Positions 27,400 to 34,418 of a stretch of DNA of 62,278 nucleotides are shown here, piece after piece; the first letter of the stretch is position 1; every line of letters begins with the position of its first letter. A program made the position numbers and the translations under genes. Source of the DNA: a virus (lineage: Duplodnaviria; Caudoviricetes); IMG/VR virus record IMGVR_UViG_3300009184_000003, positions 1 through 62,278 of that record, one strand, 5' to 3'. Under the pieces are notes generated by a model. That model had not been told where the DNA came from and did not search any database. It saw only the letters and a program-made list of their open reading frames with translations.

Positions 27400-27627
27400 T
27401 TATTTGAACAGGGCCAGTAGCTGCTCGGTGCCTGCCTCCCTAGTAGCAGGCAGGTCAGAGCGCCACAGGTCCGCCGAGTTGCGCAGGTTGCTAATAATGT
27501 ATAGCAGTGCCGCTGCGTTCGTGCGGTCCTTGGAACCGGCAGGCGACAGCGTGATAGCGATGGTGTTAAGCTTCTCGGCTGTGTCTTCAATGCTGCACAG
27601 GTCTTTGTATGTGAATAGTGGGCTCAT
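27400..27627 (-). CDS. Hypothetical early protein flanked by two hammerheads
   Basis: AGGAG RBS; TAA abuts ribozyme 1. Confidence 0.7.
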   Translation of the reverse strand: MSPLFTYKDLCSIEDTAEKLNTIAITLSPAGSKDRTNAAALLYIISNLRNSADLWRSDLPATREAGTEQLLALFK

Positions 27628-27653
27628 TGTAATTCTCCTATGGTGTGTGTATT

Positions 27654-27705
27654 GGTCTCATCAGCACTGGCCTAACCAGTGGACCGGCTCACGCCGGTTT
27701 CGACC
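27654..27705 (-). ncRNA. Type II hammerhead ribozyme 2
   Basis: Same core; stem I replaced by CACUGG/CCAGUG (compensatory changes). Confidence 0.93.
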
Positions 27706-27748
27706 TTACTTTTTTAAAGACTCTGCTGTTAACCCTTGAGCTAATTAT

Positions 27749-27976
27749 TTATTCATGGTGTGCTCCTATGATCTGGTTCCTGCCGCCGCCCTCGCCTGTC
27801 AGCCAGTCGTAGAGGTCGAATGCGTCCTTGTAGTAGATCTCCTGCTTGACCACTGGCTCGTACTCGCCGAACGCTGTCTCGAGTTTCTGGAGCACTTCCT
27901 TTTTAGTCTTACCAATGATGCTGTAAGTCTCACTGTCATCGGTGCGAACTGCAATCCATACTGTTAGCTTTGCCAT
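27749..27976 (-). CDS. Hypothetical early protein
   Basis: AGGAG RBS; YSII.KTKKE...FDL.DW..GEGGGR. Confidence 0.7.
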   Translation of the reverse strand: MAKLTVWIAVRTDDSETYSIIGKTKKEVLQKLETAFGEYEPVVKQEIYYKDAFDLYDWLTGEGGGRNQIIGAHHE

Positions 27977-28019
27977 GGTGATTCTCCTGTTTTGGTTGTG
28001 TTTGTGTGCCTTACATATA

Positions 28020-28041
28020 TATGGTCAAACGGCACCATTTA
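28020..28041 (-). promoter_or_regulatory. 22-bp early repeat copy 4
   Basis: Identical sequence. Confidence 0.75.
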
Positions 28042-28371
28042 GAACTTGATGAAGTAGGCAGGATCGAATCCGCCCCACTGCGCTGCGCGCTGTCCTACCA
28101 GTGCACCGACGCGCTGCTCTGGTGTGTAGACTGCTACGCAGTCCTGCTCCAGTATGTCGCTGATAGCAAGCGCTTCAGCATACACACGCTTCGGTGCTGT
28201 CTGGAACGCTGCGACAAGTGTCTGCTCTGTAGCTGACTGCTCGATCCTATACTCCACGAAGGCGAAGCGGCTGCGCAGTAGTACCAGTGCATACTCAGCG
28301 CGCGCTGTTAGCTGCTCTGGTGTGCTGGTTGTGTTGGGTACTTCTAAACCGATGTTAATTTGGTATTGCAT
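28039..28371 (-). CDS. Putative SAM lyase (T3 SAMase-like), first early gene
   Basis: TEQTLV and EQDCVAVY resemble T3 gp0.3 TEEKTV and EQDCVLVY as I recall them. Confidence 0.5.
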   Translation of the reverse strand: MQYQINIGLEVPNTTSTPEQLTARAEYALVLLRSRFAFVEYRIEQSATEQTLVAAFQTAPKRVYAEALAISDILEQDCVAVYTPEQRVGALVGQRAAQWGGFDPAYFIKF

Positions 28372-28408
28372 GGTGTGCTCCTAGGTTGTTTATCAGGTCT
28401 TACATATG

Positions 28409-28430
28409 TATGGTCAAACGGCACCATTTA
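28409..28430 (-). promoter_or_regulatory. 22-bp early repeat copy 5 (most upstream)
   Basis: Identical sequence; intergenic. Confidence 0.75.
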
Positions 28431-28527
28431 GCCTAGACACGATTCCACTGCTTAAAAATTAGGCAGTGCCGATTTTTTAGTATCTGAGCCCCCCACCACA
28501 CAGTCATATCGCGCACGCGTTGGTCTG

Positions 28528-28562
28528 CTAATGAGTCATAAGCCTGCGTTATGACTCATTAG
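28528..28562. repeat. Perfect 14-bp inverted repeat
   Basis: CTAATGAGTCATAA-N7-TTATGACTCATTAG. Confidence 0.9.
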
Positions 28563-28583
28563 TAATACAGTGACTCACCAGTC

Positions 28584-28820
28584 AGGCACGGTTCTTGCCT
28601 TAGCATATTGCGTGCCAGCCACCGCCCCAGTGAGTGCTCACTTCGCCAACTTGGTGCGCCCCAGTGAGTGCTCACTAACCTGGCCGGCCAAGCTGGCACA
28701 GATCTTGCTTCGAAGTGAGCGCTTACTTCGCCGGCTGCGTGGGCTCGGCACAGATCTTGCCTTAGCAAGAAGCGTGCCATGTTGGCAGGCATAAATCTTG
28801 CCTTAGCAAGTTCCGTGCCA
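28584..28820. promoter_or_regulatory. Array of seven sigma54 (-24/-12)-like boxes interleaved with AGTGAGYGCTYACT palindromes
   Basis: GGCAY-N5-TTGC at 28584, 28694, 28746, 28787 (+) and ending 28617, 28779, 28820 (-). Confidence 0.65.
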
Positions 28821-28988
28821 GACCGGCGGCTTGTTAATTAGGCAACACCCCGATTTGGGTCCCATCGGCGGGGCGGCTAGGGGGGCCCCCACAGAAAGCA
28901 AGTTTTTTACAAACGCCCAGTTTACAAAAAAGCACTTGCCTAATTTTTTTTTTATAATTTTTACAACACACTAAGTTGTTAATATGTT

Positions 28989-29133
28989 AAGTTCCTGACA
29001 AAAGTTGCGCTAAGTCCTTGATTTTGTCTGGCTGTTCAAGTTGTCGGGGTCTATTCTATTTATTTTATTTTTTTAATTCAACGCGAAAAAAATATCTATA
29101 AAGAGCAAACATACCCCGACAACCTGAACACCC
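28989..29133. repeat. 145-bp element B, inverted copy of 23611-23755
   Basis: Arms 29030-29050 / 29113-29133, 62-bp AT core, IHF-like TAAGTCCTTGATT at 29011-29023. Confidence 0.92.
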
Positions 29134-29210
29134 AGACTGTGCTTGGGTATATTTTGCTCTGGTTTGAAATAAATGCAATAGTTGGCGTCTAGCGTGAGTT
29201 ACTGCTATTT

Positions 29211-29237
29211 GGGCGTAATCGGGTGAATAAATGGGTA
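29211..29237 (+). promoter_or_regulatory. Putative late promoter GGGCG-N16-TGGGTA
   Basis: Motif recurs six times with exact spacing before late operons. Confidence 0.75.
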
Positions 29238-29250
29238 TATCAGATTACAC

Positions 29251-30138
29251 ATGGGAATAGACGCGCGACTCCCATTGCCTACGACAGCCGGATGGCTGCC
29301 AGCTGGACAACTCCAGGCAGGCGATGTGGTATTCAGTTACACAGGGTATCCAGTTAAGGTCGTTTCGATCCAGAGATATACGCCGGCGGCGTGTTATAAG
29401 ATCTGGCTCAAAGACGGGCTGACACTGGTGGTAGACGCACGCACTGGAATTCCTGTGTTTGACCGCAAGGCTAGGAACCAGCTGCATTTGTGGACGCGCA
29501 CCACTTACCGCCACGAAGACTCGTATGTCCAACCACTAAGTCCTGAGGCCATCCTCACATGGGAATTTGGTTGGTGCAGGATCCCAGTCTGCCAACCGCT
29601 ACGACCCCCGCACAGAAGCCTACCCGTTGAGCCGTATGAGTTTGCGCGCTGGATGTTTGACCGCAGCGAGAAACGCCGGCGCAATCGAACTGACATCACC
29701 CGCGAACTGATCGAGCGGTATCCTACCATTCCAACCCACATACCCGAAGAGTATTTGTTTGCGTCGTTTGAACAACGACTGGCGTTCTTGCGCGGTATCC
29801 TGAGCGTTAGAACCAAGGCCTTTAGCAAAAGCAATTGTCTTTTCAAAATAGATGTGGCCGACAGGCGGCTGGCTCGGCAAATACAGGGGCTGGTCGAATC
29901 GTTTGGGATTAAGACGTACATTGTCAACGCAAGAACAAACTACCGGTTTAGGGTTTGTTTCAAAACCATACTGCGGCTGTGCGAGGACCAAGACATCCCT
30001 AAGAATGTTAACGAGCTGGAATATCGGCGGATTATGCAAATTGAAAAGATAGCACCAAGAGAGTGCGTGTACATTAAAACGGATGACCCCAACAACACAA
30101 TTTTGGTAAGCGAAGGCTACCTAGGAGTTTCATTATGA
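29251..30138 (+). CDS. Free-standing degenerate intein-like protein (Hint plus LAGLIDADG-type region)
   Basis: LPT..GW...GQLQAGDVVF...G.PVKV block A; EQRLAFLRGI, LARQIQGLVESFG endonuclease blocks; RRI..IEKI...CV.I block F; lacks Cys1 and the terminal His-Asn. Confidence 0.75.
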   Translation: MGIDARLPLPTTAGWLPAGQLQAGDVVFSYTGYPVKVVSIQRYTPAACYKIWLKDGLTLVVDARTGIPVFDRKARNQLHLWTRTTYRHEDSYVQPLSPEAILTWEFGWCRIPVCQPLRPPHRSLPVEPYEFARWMFDRSEKRRRNRTDITRELIERYPTIPTHIPEEYLFASFEQRLAFLRGILSVRTKAFSKSNCLFKIDVADRRLARQIQGLVESFGIKTYIVNARTNYRFRVCFKTILRLCEDQDIPKNVNELEYRRIMQIEKIAPRECVYIKTDDPNNTILVSEGYLGVSL

Positions 30139-31574
30139 CCCCAAACCAAGAGAAGATACTTAAAGAGTTTGCCGAGAAAAATAAGGGCTGGCCTAAGGAG
30201 GCCCTTGACCAAGCCCTATGGAAAGTGCGATGGGCGTTGTCTGCACTACCCCACCAGCAAGAACCAGAGGACGGCGAGTACGACACCTTCTTGCTACTGG
30301 CGGGTCGTGGATCTGGCAAGACGCACACCGCGTCGAATTGGATTGGGTTGCGCGCGGCGGAGTTTCCTAGAACCCGTTGGTTGGTGACGGCGCCAACGTC
30401 AAACGACATCCGAGCCACCTGCTTTGAGGGCGACTCAGGGTTGTTGAATATCATTCCGGCGTCACTGATCAAGGACTACAACAAGTCGCTGTTTGAGTTG
30501 ACGTTGAAAAATGGCTCGTTGATCCGCGGCATCCCTGCCTCAGAGCCAGAGCGTTTCCGTGGTACCCAGTGGCATGGTTGCTGGATGGACGAGTTGTGTG
30601 CGTTCGAATACATTGACGACGCGTATGATCAGATTCAGTTTACGTTGCGTTTGACAGACCCGCGTATTCCGCGTGTTCAGAGCATTATAACCACCACGCC
30701 AAAACCGCTGGAGCTCATCACTGACCTGAATGAGGGAAAAATTGGTGGCGACGTGTACGTATCGCGTGCTTCGTCATACGACAACAGGAAAAATCTTTCT
30801 GGAACCTTCTTTAAACAGCTCGAAGCCTATGAAGGCACAGATTTAGGCAGGCAAGAGATCTACGGCGAGATCTTGGATCCTGAGAATGCGGGTATTGTGA
30901 AGCGAAAATGGTTCCGCATGTGGCCGTCAAAGAAAGAAACGCCGACGTTGGAGTACGTTTTGGCCTCATATGACCCAGCAACGAGCGAAAAAACGCACAA
31001 TGACCCCACCGCGTGCGTAGTTTTGGGTGTTTTTGATCGAGAAGACGCTGGAACGTGCTGTATTTTGCTAGATTCTTGGGATGATCACCTGTCTTACCCA
31101 GAATTACGCCGAAAAGTACGCGATGATTACCGCGAGGTGGTGTACGGTGCCGATAATACGTTCGCAAAAGGCAAAAAAGCCGACTTAATTTTGATGGAAG
31201 ACAAGTCGGCGGGTATTTCGTTGATCCAAGAGCTGCAAGGCGCTGGTTTACCAGTCAGAAGCTACAACCCAGGGCGTGCTGACAAGGTGCAGCGTATGAA
31301 TATTGTGGCTCCGTTGATTGCCAAGGGTAAGGTGTTTGTACCAGAAGACCCTAACGCACCTGGAGAGGTGGCACCGTGGGCCAAGCGGTTCATTCGTCAG
31401 GTGTGTTCGTTCCCAGAAGCCAAAGGACACGACGACTACGTGGACGCACTGTCTCAAGCGTTGCGTGTGTTGCGTGACTCAGGGTGGCTGCAACTGGATC
31501 CGTTACCGGATCGAGACCACGACCACTCAGACGACATTGCAAAGCGTAAGGTGTACAACCCCTACGCCGCGTAA
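30135..31574 (+). CDS. terL: Terminase large subunit
   Basis: AGRGSGKT Walker A, WMDE Walker B, TTTP, YDPA, EDKSAG, HDDYVDA. Confidence 0.95.
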   Translation: MTPNQEKILKEFAEKNKGWPKEALDQALWKVRWALSALPHQQEPEDGEYDTFLLLAGRGSGKTHTASNWIGLRAAEFPRTRWLVTAPTSNDIRATCFEGDSGLLNIIPASLIKDYNKSLFELTLKNGSLIRGIPASEPERFRGTQWHGCWMDELCAFEYIDDAYDQIQFTLRLTDPRIPRVQSIITTTPKPLELITDLNEGKIGGDVYVSRASSYDNRKNLSGTFFKQLEAYEGTDLGRQEIYGEILDPENAGIVKRKWFRMWPSKKETPTLEYVLASYDPATSEKTHNDPTACVVLGVFDREDAGTCCILLDSWDDHLSYPELRRKVRDDYREVVYGADNTFAKGKKADLILMEDKSAGISLIQELQGAGLPVRSYNPGRADKVQRMNIVAPLIAKGKVFVPEDPNAPGEVAPWAKRFIRQVCSFPEAKGHDDYVDALSQALRVLRDSGWLQLDPLPDRDHDHSDDIAKRKVYNPYAA

Positions 31575-31575
31575 G

Positions 31576-31602
31576 GGGCGAAAACACAGACAAAAGTGGG
31601 TA
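31576..31602 (+). promoter_or_regulatory. Putative late promoter GGGCG-N16-TGGGTA
   Basis: Exact motif. Confidence 0.75.
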
Positions 31603-31646
31603 CTTAGCTATAGAGAATAACAAAAACCCCACCTCGGAACCTTTAC

Positions 31647-34418
31647 ATGAATCCAATTAAAACCCCGCAACAGATGCTTATGGAACAGGCAGGCCTACCT
31701 CATTATGTTGGTGGTGGTAAAGTGGCCATGGAACTTGGAAAAGATTTGATGCAGCAGTTTTCAGGTCGCATCCAAGAAGCCATTCGTAAATACGTTCGCG
31801 CAACAGGCAAGATGCCAACAAAAGAAGAAGTTGCGCAACTTGAACAGCACATTCAATCATTAACCAAACCAGCACCATCAACAACCCCAGCACCAACACG
31901 GGCACGAATTGCTGCTGAGACGCCGTTTCCAAATAAATTGGTTGATGCAAATGGTCGTCCTTATTCAGCTGTCCCTGATCCCGTAACTGGTAAGTTGCGT
32001 GCACCAGAAGAGATGAACGACTTCCGTGTCAAAGATAAGTTTGGCATGGGTCCTGGCAACATGGCCGCACGTAAGAAGCTGTATGAGGCACCACACGTAA
32101 ATGCGTTTGGTGAAGATCCATTTTTATCGGTGGCTAACACGGGTCGTACGCCAGAACGTACGTGGTTGAAGTCATTTACGCCATCGACAGAAGAACTAGC
32201 GCAACGTGAGTTGCAGGCTGCGGAAACGGGTGTTGATGATGCGATGGGTGGTCTGTCTCAAATACGAATGACTGAGGGCGACATCCCAACAATTCAACCG
32301 TCACAGATTGCTGAAACGGCGAGCTCTTTAGAGGCGCCTGCAATGGACAAGATTAGCACTGAGATTTTGTTGGGTGAGCATAAAGATTTAGTGCGTCAAG
32401 TTGAGCAAGACTTTAGAGCGCGCGGAATTATTCCGGATCAAGAAGATATCATCAACGCGGTGACTGCGATGATTAATCCGATGCGCCATAACTACACGGG
32501 CATAAACCCAATTGGCCTGCGTCCTACACCTCCTCGTGGTCGCTTGACAAGAGAGGCTGAAGTTGAAATGAACAACTGGCGCGACTTAGCGCGTGCATCA
32601 GGTTTAAATGAAAAAACAATATCTGAACGCCCAGTTAACTGGAGCATGAAAAACAAGCAGGACTATTTGCTCGATACAGAACCTGGTAAGCGTGGGTCGT
32701 TTGCAAAAGATTGGGAGCTAGGTGAGTATGCGTCGGGCGGCATGATACCCTCTAGCAACCCAAATGATTCAAACTTTTCTGATGGTGGCTATTCAGGGCA
32801 AATGACTAACCAGTCGCGCATTACTGGCGCCACACCGCAGATGAACCCGACAAACAATCCGTTTCCTCATGCGCCACAAAATTTGAGCAATCAAATGACG
32901 CAGGCCAATATGTTTCATTCTAGCGGCCCGACCCAAGGTATGTCACCCGCTGATATGCAAGCGCAAATGTTGGTGCGTGGTTATGCTGACGGCAAGATCG
33001 TAAAAAAGTATAACGCCCCCTTTGGCGAATTTGCCCGTGACGTTGGCCGTTCAGCACTACAAGGCCTAACTATGGGTTGGGGCGATGAGGGTGAGGCAGC
33101 GATTCGTGCGTTAATGGATCAAGGCATGGACGCGTTTACAGCAAAACGAAAACTCTCTGAACTTGTCACAGGAAAAAAACCAACTTCCGCGTATGAGCAA
33201 CAGCTTGCGCGAATACAAGGTGAACAAAAGCAATTTCAAGAAGCAATGCCTGGCGTTGATTTAATAGCAAATATAGTTGGTGGTGCACCGCATCTTTTGG
33301 TGCCGGCGTTAAGAGCTGCGACTATCCCAGCGATGGCGGCACAAGGTGCTATTTTTGGTGCAGGTGCAGCACAACCGGGTGAACGACTAGAGGGTGCCGC
33401 AATTGGCGCACCTTTTGGTGTTGCGTTGGGTAAAGGCATGCAACATTTAGGGAAATTTGCTTTGCCTGTTCTTGGTGGAGCAATTGGTGCTAGTCAAGCA
33501 AAACCAGGTGAAGAATTGCAAGGTGCTGGCATAGGTGTGCTTGGCGGTGCCGCAATTGGCAAAGGTGCCAACGCTGCGTATCAAGCGGCAAGACGACGAA
33601 TGATGAACCCCGAGGCCAGACTTGCAGAGGAGGTATCTGGCCGCCCTTTTGATTTTCGCTCAGGGATGAAGGCGACCTCTTCCCCTGAGCGTCAAGAGTG
33701 GATTGGTCGATCACACGAGGCTGGTGTCAAGGCGTTCATGGAAAATGATCCGGCATACAAGGCAGCGGTGTACGCGTCATGGTTGGAGAGACGTCCTGAA
33801 ATTATTAAGCAGTCGGGTGCTCAGAATTATGACCAGCTGATGAAGGCAATTTATGATCAAATGGCTAAAGAGACGGGACAGCAGTTTAAAGCGATACCCA
33901 ACAAGATACGCATGTACGGTGAAGATGAAGCCGCACAAATGGACTACTTGGCAAGAGCCGCACGTTTAGGTCAAAAACCTGCAGAATTTATACGTGAACG
34001 ATTGTCTGAGGGTAAACCATTTAGTATTTTTAAAGATACAGATAATCCGCACGAGTATCTTGCAAAAGTAGACCCCGTTACTGGGATGAATCAAAACGAA
34101 CAATTTAGGGCCGTTCATGATTACTTTGGACACTTGGGCACAAAGAGGCCTAACACATTTGGCCCGAAGGGCGAAGAGAATGCTTGGCTTGCGCATCGTC
34201 AGATGTACTCGCCACTGGCTGAACCTGCTGTAACATCTGAGACGCGCGGAGCTAATAGCTTTGTAAATTACGTTGACCCAAAGAATTTGGCTTTACGTAA
34301 ACAAGGAATGCCCACAACCGAATACGCAAAAAACAAACCCGTGTTGCTTCCCCCAGAGGCATCTGACCCCGCATACATGGGCGGTATGCCCGAATACCTA
34401 AAACGGATTATTAAATAA
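31647..34418 (+). CDS. Large multi-module (polyvalent-like) virion protein
   Basis: 923 aa; YxxGG-delimited modules, QGLTMGWGDE plus Gly-zipper segment, C-terminal FRAVHDYFGH..GEENAW..H domain. Confidence 0.65.
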   Translation: MNPIKTPQQMLMEQAGLPHYVGGGKVAMELGKDLMQQFSGRIQEAIRKYVRATGKMPTKEEVAQLEQHIQSLTKPAPSTTPAPTRARIAAETPFPNKLVDANGRPYSAVPDPVTGKLRAPEEMNDFRVKDKFGMGPGNMAARKKLYEAPHVNAFGEDPFLSVANTGRTPERTWLKSFTPSTEELAQRELQAAETGVDDAMGGLSQIRMTEGDIPTIQPSQIAETASSLEAPAMDKISTEILLGEHKDLVRQVEQDFRARGIIPDQEDIINAVTAMINPMRHNYTGINPIGLRPTPPRGRLTREAEVEMNNWRDLARASGLNEKTISERPVNWSMKNKQDYLLDTEPGKRGSFAKDWELGEYASGGMIPSSNPNDSNFSDGGYSGQMTNQSRITGATPQMNPTNNPFPHAPQNLSNQMTQANMFHSSGPTQGMSPADMQAQMLVRGYADGKIVKKYNAPFGEFARDVGRSALQGLTMGWGDEGEAAIRALMDQGMDAFTAKRKLSELVTGKKPTSAYEQQLARIQGEQKQFQEAMPGVDLIANIVGGAPHLLVPALRAATIPAMAAQGAIFGAGAAQPGERLEGAAIGAPFGVALGKGMQHLGKFALPVLGGAIGASQAKPGEELQGAGIGVLGGAAIGKGANAAYQAARRRMMNPEARLAEEVSGRPFDFRSGMKATSSPERQEWIGRSHEAGVKAFMENDPAYKAAVYASWLERRPEIIKQSGAQNYDQLMKAIYDQMAKETGQQFKAIPNKIRMYGEDEAAQMDYLARAARLGQKPAEFIRERLSEGKPFSIFKDTDNPHEYLAKVDPVTGMNQNEQFRAVHDYFGHLGTKRPNTFGPKGEENAWLAHRQMYSPLAEPAVTSETRGANSFVNYVDPKNLALRKQGMPTTEYAKNKPVLLPPEASDPAYMGGMPEYLKRIIK

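Noticed and set aside
24332-28430. 22-bp repeats as a CRISPR array or integron attC sites
   Set aside because: Spacers are 0.4-1.5 kb and contain whole genes; no cas genes, no integron integrase, no attC R-box structure
24332-28430. T7-type promoters for a single-subunit RNA polymerase
   Set aside because: No T7/N4-like RNAP gene is recognisable in the genome
28559-28794. ORFs over the sigma54-box array
   Set aside because: They arise from repeats; no RBS or protein-like features
29251-31574. Functional intein inserted in TerL
   Set aside because: Different reading frames with a stop/start overlap; splicing residues absent
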